This document shows, piece after piece, positions 26,661-38,600 of a stretch of 64,000 bases of DNA. The translations under genes were made by a program, and so were the position numbers. The stretch covers positions 1-64,000 of IMG/VR virus record IMGVR_UViG_3300045988_115355. One strand, given 5' to 3'. The first letter of the stretch is position 1, and each line of letters begins with the position of its first letter. Origin of the DNA: a virus. The notes beneath the pieces were generated by a model that saw only the letters and a list, made by a program, of their open reading frames with translations, was not told the origin of the DNA and did not search any database.

Positions 26661-29600
26661 CTAACATAATTTCAATTCCTCAATAGTCTTCTTAGCATTC
26701 TCCATAGTAAGTTCTGCTTTAGAAGCATCACCCACTATCTGTCTAATCTTATTAGCTACTTCATCTGTTATCATAGGGAAAGCCATAGAGTTATATTGGT
26801 AAGTTTCAAGGCTTTTTTCCAAGCCTTTAACCTTAGCTATCTCATCCATAGCTTCATAGTTCTCAAACTCTTTACCAAAGAATAACATGTGAGCAACATA
26901 ATCATAAGCACTGCTATAAGTAGGAGTGTTCTTCTCCCCTTCCTTACCTGTAGAGGGTTGTGTATCTACATTTTCTACTTCTGTAGTTTCAGTACTATTA
27001 TTCTGTGCTTCCTTTTCAGCTTCTTCAGCTTCTTTCTTAGCAGCTATTCTCTCATTAATCTTAGTCCATATAGTATTAGGGAAATAAACATTAGGGTCTA
27101 TCTCAAAACTATTTCCATTCCCACCTAAGCTATCTACTATTTGTACAATAGAAGTAGCTTTATCCCTATGCTTACTATAACCTCTGTATAGCTTACCATC
27201 AGGAGCTTTAAACCTAATGATAGTAGGAGTAAAGGTAGTGATAGGAGCTAAGAAATAATGATTGCCAAACTTATCTTCTTGTAAGGTAATACCCTCTTTA
27301 CTCAAATCATAGTACTTACCTAAGTTATTATTCAGCATAAACTGAACAACCATCTTAGTGATATGCTTTTCTATATCTATCTCATTATTACTTAGATTAG
27401 TGATATAATTAGGCAGCTTCGTCTTTAAAGTATTAGGCATAAGCTGTAAGAAAGTCTTAGGGCTAAAACCAAATGACCCTCTGAAATAGTTATATTCCAC
27501 TAACTGTAAAGCAAGTTTAGGGTCTTTCTCATATAAATCTTCCCATGCTCCTTTAAGTTCATCAATCTTATCTCTACTCATTCCCCTTACATCTAAGTTG
27601 AGTACAGTGATGCCATTCTTCTGTGTCTCTATAGTAATAGCTTTAATAAGAGGATTGTCAATATATTTAGTTTTAATCTCATTAAAGTCTACAGGGAACC
27701 TCTCTGCATAGTAAAGTCTATGCTTATAGTCATTATTAAATACAGGGTTCTCAATATTCACATAATAGGACATAAAGAAATTCATAAAATTAGTAGCTAT
27801 AGATTCATTCATATAACCCGATGCTTTATAAAGATACATAAAACTATCTGTGAAAGATTCATTACCTTGTACAAGATTATTTCCTAATAAGATATTATGT
27901 AATCCATAACTCTCTGTTTTAAAAGAACTTACAATAGGAAGACCTTTAAGGTAATTCTTTAATACAGTGTGTATATGTTCATCATCTTCAAACTTTGCAT
28001 CCTTAATCATCATCATCAAAGTATTAGCCATTGTAGGACCAAGAGCATGTGAAATACTATTATAAGATGTCATGTGAGTTAAATTTCTAAAGGTATCGGA
28101 TATCTTGTTTACTTTTCCATACAACTCTAAGATAGTCATATTTCTAATATAACTATCAATACCTTCATCTTCCTCTTTAATAGCTTCTTTGAAATCTTCA
28201 TTCTTAAGAGATACATTTTGTACAACACCTGTGATAGAGGAATCTAATGCTTTAGCTTTTTCAAGCTCTTCAACAGTTAAATCAAGTATCATTTCATCAA
28301 TGTTAACATAATCACCTGAAGAAGCTCTTACAGCATATTCATTAGCTAATTTTTGTATAATAGGAGTACTTAAGAACAGTCCTACTGTCTCTAAAGAGAA
28401 GCCTAATCTCACTAAGGTAGTTACAATATTCACAGTGTTCATATTGATACCCATAAGGTTTAATATAGGGTCTTTTACAGCATCTACAGAAGCTGCTAAT
28501 AACTGCGCTAAGTTCTCACTTATTCTTGTAACACCATCAAAAGAATATTCCTCATCAATAGATACATCCCTTCTTATATCATGACCATTTAATGTAAATT
28601 CTTGCTCTGCTTCTATACCTATCTTATGTATAGGAGCATTCATGATAATAGAATGAGAGATATTAGATACTGCAAATACACCAATCAACTTAGCTGCTAC
28701 CATATTTTGTTTATGGAATCTAAGTTGAGTATCTGCATACATCAAAGATTGTGAGCTATAGCTTATATCTTTAAGTTCTTTGATACTCATCTTACCTAAT
28801 TCATCGAAGTCTTCTTCTGATGTTCTTGCAGCTTCAATCATATAACCTACTCTCTTAAGCTCATCAAAGTTACCTGCCGATAACACTTGGCTCATGGCTT
28901 GTGGAGAAGTAAGGATAGCCCATTGAGTAGCAACATTTAAATTATCATTAGCTTCCTTACCTACTTTAGGAGACCTATAGATAACTCTCTTTCCTTGATA
29001 GTTCTTCCAAGCATCCCTAATAAGTTCTGCTTGTGTGCTTAACTTTTCAGCTTCAGTGCTATCTTTACTAATAATATCTCTTACTAATTCTTTAGATAAC
29101 CCTGTTTCCTTTGCAGCCCATTCTACAAATCCTTTCTTATCTTTTACTTTAAATCTATTTAAGGAGTATCTCATGATATAGAGTTTATCTATATCAAAGT
29201 CAGAACCTGAAAGTAGTGTAATTTCTTTAGGCAACATAATAGCTTCTCCTGCTTCAGCAGGTAAGAAACCTTTAATTCTGATAGGTACCATAGAATACTT
29301 TGCTTCTGTAGGAATTCTATAACCAACCATTTCTAATAATCTTGGGTTGGCTTGCGCCATAGCTTTAATATCTATAGTACCATCTTCCTTAGCAAAGTCT
29401 CTAATGATATTCTCATCATAAATAGGTAAGTAACATTCAAAGTAAGCTACACTATTCTGATGCTTGGCTTTATATTCATCATAAGTCTTCTCCTTATCAA
29501 TCTTAATATATTTGTTATCTTGCTTACCTGTCTTAAGAGCTTCATTAAATTCCTTTTCTGTGAGTAAAATATTACCTTTTTTATCTTGGAATCTAATATT

Positions 29601-32600
29601 AAGATTATCAGATAAACCATAAGAAGAAGTCTGTACTACAGGACCACCTGCTATCTTCTGTTTATAAACAGTATTTTTAATAATACTGTTAAGAAGTTGC
29701 TGTATTCTGTAGGTTTGTACAGGGTCACTAAGAGGAATATTAAATTCACCATTCTCATCAGTAGAACAAGCCCATAGTAAATCTAAATCGCCTCTACCAC
29801 TACTTAGAATCTCTTGTTGTAAGATTCTACTTAGTTGTACATTTCTTAGTTTTTGATTCTGAAAGTTAACACCTAATCTTTCAGATAACTCCTGCACACT
29901 CGTCTTTACATTCTCCTTGATAGCTTTATAGTAGTTTTGTTTAGCTTCAGCAACTGTTATTTCCTTAGCTACTCTTCTACCATATTCATCTTCCTCATAG
30001 ATAACAACCTTATTATCATTACCTGCTTCATCTGTATCAGGCATATCAGCAACTATCAAAGCTCTATCTTGTGAACCTTGTTGCTGCTCTCCTTGGAAGT
30101 GTTTAGGTATCTCCTGCTGTAAGCTGTAATCTTCAAATGGTAATTCATGAACATTATCCATATTATAACTACCATCTGCATTATACATCTTCTTTTTAAA
30201 GAGTTCTTTAATCTCATCATAAGAGAGATTGTTAATATCTAAGGCTTCCATTAAACCTGTCTTAACAGTGGATTCAAACTGTATAGTATCAATACCTTTA
30301 GTATTAGCTTCTCCTTTCAGAGTATTACCCTCAATCTTCATCCCTTGACTTTCTTCCATTACATCAAAGAGAGCTGTAAGTTTTGATTGTACACCTTGCC
30401 CTCTCATTAGAGCATCAGCCATCACTAAGAGATATTCAGAATCTTTATTCTGTACACCTACTTTCAGTTTAGGTAAATAAGGATTATGTCCATCCTTTTC
30501 TATCTGTGAATAAAGGAAAGGTTTTAAAGGTTGCCATTTACCATTTAAATCTTTTAAAGTGAAATCACCTTTAAGAATTCTATGATAAGCAGCTTCATCT
30601 TCATTATCCCATTTCCCAAATATAATCATCTTCTTCCTATAAGGAGTAGGAGAAGTATAACCTTGTGCATCTGCCCAGTTGATAGACTTAAAAGCATCTA
30701 TCAAAGCATCTACTTTTGATAAGGCTAAATCTCTTAATACCTGATTATCTTTATATTTAGGATTTTCAAGTATCTTCTTCTTTACTTCTTCAAGGTTTGA
30801 TATTATATCTGAAACAGAAATACTGTCTTTTAAATACATGGTTCTAAACTTACCATCACTAACTCTCTTACCTTGATAAGTAGCATTAACATTAGGATTT
30901 AACCCCGGGGCATGATATTGTGCTAATCTCTTTTGTAAGTCTTCTGCATTCTTATAAAAGGCAGTATCAGTAACCAACAACTGTGTAAGCTGTGTAGTAT
31001 AGAAATAATCTTCAAAAAAGAATTGCCTTGTATTTGTATTACTTGTAAGTGTTTCACTATACAGAGGGCTGTTAGTATCTGTAACAGCAGGTTCAAATTC
31101 ATATAATTCTCTATAACCTACACTGTTATCCTCATTATCATAATTAGCAGTAATATCTTGTATAATATTCTCACTACTTAAATAATGTAAGAAGCCCGAA
31201 TATCTTAACTCTATCGCATCCTCTATTACTTCAGGTAATACCCTTGCAATATAAGCAGCTTCTCCTTTGATAGTTTCTTCTACTATCTCATTTGTTTTAT
31301 AATTCTTAGTATGTATAGTAAATTCAGTATCAGGGTCTAAAGCATCTTCATGAATCATCTTATAGATAATCTTACCTATATTATAAACTCTATTATTTGA
31401 AGTACCTTCCTTTCTACTTTCTAATTCCTCATAAATATTCAGATAGTTATTTAAGAAATCAAGCCATTGAAACTTACTACCATTCTTATCAAAGTTTGTA
31501 ATAGTAGGAGCACCATGAGCTTTTCTATAATTAACAGCTTTTATTCTGTTAATCTCCTGATAGAAAGTCTTTTCTGCTAAGAAGTTAACTATATCACTAA
31601 TAGGAAGATGTCTTAATTTAACATATTCCTCTGACGGCTTATTAGACATAATAGGTATTCTAAAGTAACCATAAAGATTCTGTCTATTACCATATTCCCA
31701 CATAGAGAGCATACTATTCAAATACTGATGAGTAGTCTTATCAGTATAACCTATCTTATCATCAGTGAGCAATACTACATGTTTAAGTAATTCCTTATCC
31801 ATATCCTTTCTTTCGGCTAACTCTAAGATATAGTTTAGCCAACCTTTAGGACCTGCTTGCATTCTATTACTATCTTCTACTTCAGTACTGTTATAGAAGA
31901 TACCTTCATAAGGTTTAAATTCCTCATTTAATGTATCTTCTACATTCCCTGAAGTGCCATTCAGCTTTTCAAAGAGTTTACTCAAATAGTTTGGAAGTAC
32001 ATAGCTATAATATAACTTACCATTAGCATAGGTAACAGCTTCCATATCACTACCCATATAAGAAGCTATAGGTCTTAACAACTCATTGATATAGCTTTTT
32101 GTCTTATAAGAGACATATTTAAAGTTAGTCTTATTCTCTTCACTTGCTAATGTTCTACCTAAGTACATTACATACTTACAGAACATTTCAAGATTATCCC
32201 TTCTTAAGCCTTTATTAATAGCACTTGAAGGATTAAAGATTTGATATAGCTCTTCTACTGTAGGGGTATCTATATTAAGTAGAGTATATATCATTTGAAT
32301 ACTCTTAGCATCATCCATAGTGAAGACTCTTCTCTTCTCTTGTTTACCTGTCTTAGGATTTCTGACAAGTCCATATTGATTAGAGAACTGAACATAATGA
32401 GAAATACCTGTAAGGAGATTATAAATCTCATCCATAATCTTTTCATTGATTTCTCCTTTTTCAGCATCCCATATAGTCAAAGCACCTTTATCTTTATTAC
32501 GTTCTTTCTGCTGTAAGTTCTTAATAGCTTCATCAGCAAACTGCTTATCATTCATGATTTTCATAATACCTTTCCCTTGCTCATCTTTATAGAGAACAGC

Positions 32601-35600
32601 ATATTTCTGAAAATACATTTTAAACTTACTATAGAACTGTGATTTAAACTGCTCATTACCATCACTTACTAAGATACCTGTCATTTGGTTTCCACCAATA
32701 AGACCTCCATCCCAATAAGTTCCTACTAATTGGTTAAGCCAAGGTTCTGATTGTAAATGCTTTTGAAGCATACCTATCATAGAGTTATCTTTATAACTAC
32801 CATCAGCATTCTTCTCATCTAAGCTAAGAGCACCTTGTGTATAAAGAAGTATCTTGTTGACAGCTGTAGCACCATCTACTTTTCTTGCAATACCATATTC
32901 ATCTAAATTATAAGTACCGTCAGGATTGATAACATATAATTTATTAATAGCAATCTTTAGTATCTTACTTAAACTACTATGAGCAGATAACTGTCTAAAG
33001 CCTACTTGCCAATGCTCTAAAGAGTTACCAAATATCTCCTGTGTTTCTTGCTCTGTTTCTTCTGTGATAGCTTCTCCATCAGCATTCTCCTGCATGTCTA
33101 TAGGCTTTTCATTTAAAGCTACTTCCTCCATATCAGCTAATGTATCATAGCCTAACTTTACAAATGCTTCAAAGTTATCATAAATCATATTCATCTTATC
33201 ACAGATGTCATCATCATTATCAGCAGGCTCTGTATTTACATTCACATTGAAAACAGTCTCCTTGACAATATTAAGAAGTCTATCTAAACCAACAGTATTA
33301 AGTACTTCTATTCTTGTCATGTGAGTAAAGTCTACATCTTTAAACTCTTTATCAAGACCTAAAATAGCTTTACTTGCTTCATTACTCTGGAGCATAGTGA
33401 TATAATCACTGACCTTAAACATAGTAGTCTTTGCTAAGTGTTTAAGCTCTGAAGCAGTGAATATCTTTGAATCTAAGAAGTCTTTCTTAAACTTAATATC
33501 TCTTAGTTCTGTTTCTGTATAACCTACAGTGTAATTACCAAAGGCAGCTTTATATAAACCATATCTACTTAAGGTATTCAACTTAGCTCTTAAGCTCTTA
33601 TTGATATTATTCGTGTAGAGAGTTTCTCCTAACTTTAAATCACCTTTATCAATAGCTTTAATAATCTTATCAGCTACCTCATCATCAGTACCTGTAAATA
33701 AGTCTTCTTCCTCTTTAGGCGTAGCATTTAAAGAGACTACTTCTGTAGTACTCTCAATAGCTTCTTTGACAAAATCATTAATACTGATTCCTAACTTATT
33801 AGCAGCCTTTAAATCTTCAGCAGTAATAAACAATGCTTTGTGGTTAGCATCTGTATAAATGATTTTATCCTTAAGAGATTGTAAATTATCTTCTCTACTC
33901 TTATTTTCGTCTAAGTCTAATCCTATAAATTTAATACCATCCCTATCAAATACTAAGGCATGTTTATTATACTCGATATATCTATTATCAAAGTAATCTT
34001 CATTAAGTAAAGAATCAGCACCACTGTTATTAATTACCCTTTCAATTCTATATCTGTGAATCTCATTCTCATTATTTCTATGTAATATTCTACCTTTTAA
34101 TCTGTCCTTTACTCTATTACTTAAGAAGTCTATAATACGAGTATCTAAGTTTAATCTTTCTTTCTCTGTCTCTACATTAGGTTGTACTACTAAATCTGTA
34201 AGGACAGGCACTAATTGGTCATATAAAGTATTATTTGTTTTAGGTTTAATAAGTCCTAATATCCAATTAATAAGTTTCTCAAACCATGACATCTTACTTG
34301 TAGGTCTTGGTTTAAGCCTCATTAATAGAGTTTGGAATTCTCTATTAGAAAAGAACTCTGCTATAAACTCTTTAGGATTATACAGAGCATATATATCAAA
34401 AGGAACTATTCTACCTTTATATTCACCATCAGGAAATTTATCAGAATAGGATTTTATTTGCTGAATAATATCTACCATCATATTCTTCAACATCCTAAAG
34501 CTAGTAGCATCAGACAATGCTTTCTGTACAGTCAAAGTATGTACTAACTCATGCAATATAACTTTAGGTAAATTGAATTTTACATTACCTCTTGTATTTA
34601 CATTAATATTAATTTGGTTTCCCTTGGCAAACCCAGCTCTTAATTTATTCTCATCATGATAGAAATTAATAGTAATTCCAGCATTTTGCACTAAAGGTAA
34701 AAATAATGTAGCTAAAGTAGCATAGTATTTTTGATTATAATCATCACCTGCATTATCTATTAAAGTAGCTAAAACATCTTCAGCTTTTAATTCTTTATTT
34801 ACAGGAAATGTTTCTACCTTAACACCTTTTCTTTGGTCTTCTGTGAGACTTTTAAAGCTTAACATTTGTTTGCCTGCTGTAGCTTTATATATAGCATCTA
34901 AAACTTTATCTCCTGATGCTTTTACTTCTTCTTCTGTAATAGTAGGAGGTGTAGCTACCTGCATTAAATCATCAGAATGTAACTTAATTACATCAGATTC
35001 TTTAGTAGTAGCAAAAGGAAAGAACTCACTCTTATTTGCTTCATAGTCTAATATTTTACTTCCTACATTGTCTCTGTGGAATTTATAATAGATGCCTGTA
35101 CTATCAAAGTAAGCTAATAAATCTTTCTTAATAGCAGCATCCTGCATTCTTCTTTGTACAGCATTCCTTGGTGATTGCTTATAAGCATTATTAATGCTTT
35201 TCTGATAATCTATTTTACCTGCTTCAGCAGTCTTTAAAGATAATACAGGAGCTTTAATAACTACTTTCCAAGTTCCTTTATCAGGTTCTGTGTATTCACT
35301 ACTATGTTTCAAAGGAGCTATTTCCTCCTTTGAAGGTTGTCTATATATAAAGACATTCCCCTTACCAAACTTAGGTGATAACTCTTTATCTCTAAACTTT
35401 TCAGCATCACCCTTAGAATTGAAAGTAAAGGTGTTCCCTATTTTTCTATAGTATCTTACTTGTGCTACAGTACCTTCAAAAGATAAATGTTCTACATAAG
35501 CCTTTATCTGATTAGCAGTAGGCATAAAATCATCTTGATGTAATACCTCTCTAAAGTATTTTATTAGATAGTTTACTATATCAAGTGAATACCCTGTCTC

Positions 35601-35651
35601 ACCAATAAGCCCTTTTATTTCTTTTGAAATATAAACACACTGATTACTCAT
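26661..35651 (-). CDS. Giant protein (2996 aa). Candidate virion-packaged RNA polymerase-like protein (DPBB-type Asp triad 'DFDID'), with an N-terminal HExxH motif.
   Basis: 'LLSGSDFDIDKLYIM' at residues ~2146-2160 (DFDID = nt 29187-29201) resembles the double-psi beta-barrel RNAP catalytic motif (NADFDGD / DbDGD of RNAi-type RdRPs and crAss-like virion RNAPs). 'VILHELVHTL' at residues 364-373 (nt 34539-34553). Confidence 0.45.
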   Translation of the reverse strand: MSNQCVYISKEIKGLIGETGYSLDIVNYLIKYFREVLHQDDFMPTANQIKAYVEHLSFEGTVAQVRYYRKIGNTFTFNSKGDAEKFRDKELSPKFGKGNVFIYRQPSKEEIAPLKHSSEYTEPDKGTWKVVIKAPVLSLKTAEAGKIDYQKSINNAYKQSPRNAVQRRMQDAAIKKDLLAYFDSTGIYYKFHRDNVGSKILDYEANKSEFFPFATTKESDVIKLHSDDLMQVATPPTITEEEVKASGDKVLDAIYKATAGKQMLSFKSLTEDQRKGVKVETFPVNKELKAEDVLATLIDNAGDDYNQKYYATLATLFLPLVQNAGITINFYHDENKLRAGFAKGNQININVNTRGNVKFNLPKVILHELVHTLTVQKALSDATSFRMLKNMMVDIIQQIKSYSDKFPDGEYKGRIVPFDIYALYNPKEFIAEFFSNREFQTLLMRLKPRPTSKMSWFEKLINWILGLIKPKTNNTLYDQLVPVLTDLVVQPNVETEKERLNLDTRIIDFLSNRVKDRLKGRILHRNNENEIHRYRIERVINNSGADSLLNEDYFDNRYIEYNKHALVFDRDGIKFIGLDLDENKSREDNLQSLKDKIIYTDANHKALFITAEDLKAANKLGISINDFVKEAIESTTEVVSLNATPKEEEDLFTGTDDEVADKIIKAIDKGDLKLGETLYTNNINKSLRAKLNTLSRYGLYKAAFGNYTVGYTETELRDIKFKKDFLDSKIFTASELKHLAKTTMFKVSDYITMLQSNEASKAILGLDKEFKDVDFTHMTRIEVLNTVGLDRLLNIVKETVFNVNVNTEPADNDDDICDKMNMIYDNFEAFVKLGYDTLADMEEVALNEKPIDMQENADGEAITEETEQETQEIFGNSLEHWQVGFRQLSAHSSLSKILKIAINKLYVINPDGTYNLDEYGIARKVDGATAVNKILLYTQGALSLDEKNADGSYKDNSMIGMLQKHLQSEPWLNQLVGTYWDGGLIGGNQMTGILVSDGNEQFKSQFYSKFKMYFQKYAVLYKDEQGKGIMKIMNDKQFADEAIKNLQQKERNKDKGALTIWDAEKGEINEKIMDEIYNLLTGISHYVQFSNQYGLVRNPKTGKQEKRRVFTMDDAKSIQMIYTLLNIDTPTVEELYQIFNPSSAINKGLRRDNLEMFCKYVMYLGRTLASEENKTNFKYVSYKTKSYINELLRPIASYMGSDMEAVTYANGKLYYSYVLPNYLSKLFEKLNGTSGNVEDTLNEEFKPYEGIFYNSTEVEDSNRMQAGPKGWLNYILELAERKDMDKELLKHVVLLTDDKIGYTDKTTHQYLNSMLSMWEYGNRQNLYGYFRIPIMSNKPSEEYVKLRHLPISDIVNFLAEKTFYQEINRIKAVNYRKAHGAPTITNFDKNGSKFQWLDFLNNYLNIYEELESRKEGTSNNRVYNIGKIIYKMIHEDALDPDTEFTIHTKNYKTNEIVEETIKGEAAYIARVLPEVIEDAIELRYSGFLHYLSSENIIQDITANYDNEDNSVGYRELYEFEPAVTDTNSPLYSETLTSNTNTRQFFFEDYFYTTQLTQLLVTDTAFYKNAEDLQKRLAQYHAPGLNPNVNATYQGKRVSDGKFRTMYLKDSISVSDIISNLEEVKKKILENPKYKDNQVLRDLALSKVDALIDAFKSINWADAQGYTSPTPYRKKMIIFGKWDNEDEAAYHRILKGDFTLKDLNGKWQPLKPFLYSQIEKDGHNPYLPKLKVGVQNKDSEYLLVMADALMRGQGVQSKLTALFDVMEESQGMKIEGNTLKGEANTKGIDTIQFESTVKTGLMEALDINNLSYDEIKELFKKKMYNADGSYNMDNVHELPFEDYSLQQEIPKHFQGEQQQGSQDRALIVADMPDTDEAGNDNKVVIYEEDEYGRRVAKEITVAEAKQNYYKAIKENVKTSVQELSERLGVNFQNQKLRNVQLSRILQQEILSSGRGDLDLLWACSTDENGEFNIPLSDPVQTYRIQQLLNSIIKNTVYKQKIAGGPVVQTSSYGLSDNLNIRFQDKKGNILLTEKEFNEALKTGKQDNKYIKIDKEKTYDEYKAKHQNSVAYFECYLPIYDENIIRDFAKEDGTIDIKAMAQANPRLLEMVGYRIPTEAKYSMVPIRIKGFLPAEAGEAIMLPKEITLLSGSDFDIDKLYIMRYSLNRFKVKDKKGFVEWAAKETGLSKELVRDIISKDSTEAEKLSTQAELIRDAWKNYQGKRVIYRSPKVGKEANDNLNVATQWAILTSPQAMSQVLSAGNFDELKRVGYMIEAARTSEEDFDELGKMSIKELKDISYSSQSLMYADTQLRFHKQNMVAAKLIGVFAVSNISHSIIMNAPIHKIGIEAEQEFTLNGHDIRRDVSIDEEYSFDGVTRISENLAQLLAASVDAVKDPILNLMGINMNTVNIVTTLVRLGFSLETVGLFLSTPIIQKLANEYAVRASSGDYVNIDEMILDLTVEELEKAKALDSSITGVVQNVSLKNEDFKEAIKEEDEGIDSYIRNMTILELYGKVNKISDTFRNLTHMTSYNSISHALGPTMANTLMMMIKDAKFEDDEHIHTVLKNYLKGLPIVSSFKTESYGLHNILLGNNLVQGNESFTDSFMYLYKASGYMNESIATNFMNFFMSYYVNIENPVFNNDYKHRLYYAERFPVDFNEIKTKYIDNPLIKAITIETQKNGITVLNLDVRGMSRDKIDELKGAWEDLYEKDPKLALQLVEYNYFRGSFGFSPKTFLQLMPNTLKTKLPNYITNLSNNEIDIEKHITKMVVQFMLNNNLGKYYDLSKEGITLQEDKFGNHYFLAPITTFTPTIIRFKAPDGKLYRGYSKHRDKATSIVQIVDSLGGNGNSFEIDPNVYFPNTIWTKINERIAAKKEAEEAEKEAQNNSTETTEVENVDTQPSTGKEGEKNTPTYSSAYDYVAHMLFFGKEFENYEAMDEIAKVKGLEKSLETYQYNSMAFPMITDEVANKIRQIVGDASKAELTMENAKKTIEELKLC

Positions 35652-35663
35652 ATCTAATACTTA

Positions 35664-38600
35664 TTAAATTCCACAATTTTTAATTTCTTTGATAATATCT
35701 TCTATATTATCATCATCTGTAAAGTCTCTGTATAAAGTACCTACCATATTAGGAGACTTGCTAAGTAATTCACCTATCTCTTTAGCATTCTTTACTTGCT
35801 TTCCTGTAGCCTCTTTGATAGCTTCCTTTAGCATCTTCTTTTTCTCTGCATTAAACTTCTTATAAGCCTTTTCAAAAGTAACATTATAATCTGAATTATT
35901 CAAATTTACAGAAGTACTTGTAGTAGAATTAGTAGTATTAATACCTGTAGCAGTGTTATCATTACTATCTTGTGTAGTATCATCAGTAATTAAAAATTTA
36001 GTAGTAGGAACAGCTTTCTCTTTTTCACTATTACTAATAGTAAACTTAGGTGTAGGTACAGCCTTTTCCTCACTATCCTTTGTAGATTCAGTAGATACTT
36101 CTGTATTTTCTAAAGCCTTTTCAATCTCTTTATCTTGTTTATCAGCTACTTCCTTTTCAGCAGCTTCTGCTTTCTTTACTTTATATTTCATTACTTCTTC
36201 ATCTGTTAAGACATGGTAACCTCCTGAAGATAAGATAATAACCTTATCTCCTGTTTCCCAATAAGAGACTGTTCTACCTTTGCCTACATCTTCTATAAAA
36301 TCAGGTTTCTTTACTCCTATTGATTGTATAAAATTCAGTAGGTCTAAGACCTCCTTATCATCTATTACTTTATTATTTAAAGCATTGGTAATATTATTCT
36401 TACCAACAGCATACCTAACACCATTTAAGTAAACAATAGATGTATCTAAAGTAGCTTTTGGTGTATCATGTATGTCCTTACTATTTACAGAATTAATAAT
36501 AGGATTAAAACTATCATCTATAGGTCTTACAAAACTCTTAGCATTGACTGTTCTTAGACTTCTTGCATTTATTTTGATAAGCCCAGCATCTGCATAATAT
36601 TCTAATAAGTTACCTTTCACATTTGTATGGAAGCTGATATTAAAGTGAGGGTTAGTTCTTTCTATCATTTGGAACATTCTCTTAATAGCTCCTTCTACTT
36701 CAAAATGTGGAGAATTAAAGTTAATCAAAGCAGGCTGCCTATTATTATTAACAGTATAATTTACAGTACCTCTTTTCTCATCATAGAAGATATTATTACC
36801 CTCTCTAAAGAGTAACATGTCTTTGAGTATTGCAAGAGCTTGTAATTTATCCTTTCCTTTTCCTTTAATAAAAGATTCCACTACACTCCTTAGCTTCTTA
36901 TAATATTCAGAAGATTCATTTAAGATGACATCATTGTAAAGTAAAGGTTCCACATAGTAAGGAATATAGATACCATTAGCTCCTTTAATACCTATAAACA
37001 CTTTACCATAACCCATAGCTTTTGAGAGAGAATATAGACTGTCTTCTATGTTAAAGTTAACATAGTTAAACTGTCCCATACCATCCTCTCCTGCACTAAT
37101 ATATCCCCATTTAATATCTTGCAAGCTGATACCATCAGGATTAGCTGTAGGGTCATTTACTAATTCCCTAATATCTTTACTACTTGGAGTATCTTTAGGT
37201 TCATTTTCTTTTCTTCTAATAACAGAACCACTATTAATATCAAAGATTTCATTAGCATACTTATCACTTACAAAATAAGTATCTTTATTATCACCCCTTT
37301 CTTCTATTAAAGCCTTAAGAAGTTTACCATATTTATCTCCTAAGTTCTGTTGGTTTTCGGCATAACCTAAATAGCCTACTATCAGATATTTTATACCATT
37401 AACATCTACTATATTTCCTTTAATAGTCTGCTTATAATCAGGACATATCTTAGATACTTCATCTGTATAAGGAGTAACCAATGCTATTCCTTTAGAGAGA
37501 TAACCATGATTAATGTGCATATACTTAATAGGAATACTTCTATTAGGTAAACTATTTAAAAGGTCTCCTACATGATAATCAGTCATAGCCTGTATATCTA
37601 TTCCTAATTCACTGCATGCCTTATAGAATTCCTTAACAGTTTTATGGTTTCTTTCAGCTAATAAACCATGTCTCTTTAAAGCATCTTGGAAATACTTTAA
37701 GAAAGCGTTACCTACATAAGAGATAGAGGTTACTTCAGGTGTAGGTTCTTTATTATCTCTTACAATAACAGGACCTTCATTAGCGGGTTTATTTTCTTCT
37801 GCCTTTTCAATCTCTTCTTTTGTGGGGATAGCTTCCTCTTCCTCTTCTTTGAAAAGTAATTCACCCTCTTTAGGTATTACTCTTACTTTATCTTTATCAT
37901 TAGTTTCCTTAATTTCTTTATCTTCCTCATTACTATCTTCTTCATTACTATTTTCAGTAGTCTGTGTATTAGCCTCTTCAGTAGAAGTGGTTTCATCATT
38001 CCCTGTGATAGTAAACTTATCAGTAGGTTTAGTCTCTTCATCAGGAGAGATTATACTTTCCTTTTTATGAGTATGCTTATTATCTATAGGAATAGTATCA
38101 CCTTCCTGAATAGGAGGTAATTCTTCTCTTTCCTCTATATCTTGTTTAGGAGATACTGTAGTACCTTCTTTAGGTTTCTCTTCGGTAGACAGTTCTTCTT
38201 TAGAAGTAGCTTTCTCACTTTCTTGTTTAGTAGTAGTACTACTATTATTATCAGTAGTATTACTATTAGTAGTATTACTATTAGTAGTATTAGTACCACC
38301 TTTACTACCAACAGTACTTGAAGCCTGTTGAGCAGTGGTTATCTTATCTACTTCTTTAAGCAGCCTGTCCACTAAGAAACTTTGATATACAGCAGCTATC
38401 TTCTCATCTTGATTAGCATTATTACTTATACCTTTTAGTATCTCTTCTCTAATATCTTTTAGTTTATCCTTGAAGGATGCTTTGAAGGTGTTTACACCTA
38501 CTGCTTTATATTCTTCACTGTTGAATAAAGAACTTAAGGCAGCATCTGAAACACTACCTAAGAGGTTAGTAATAGCTTCTTCATCTACACCTTGGCTTTT

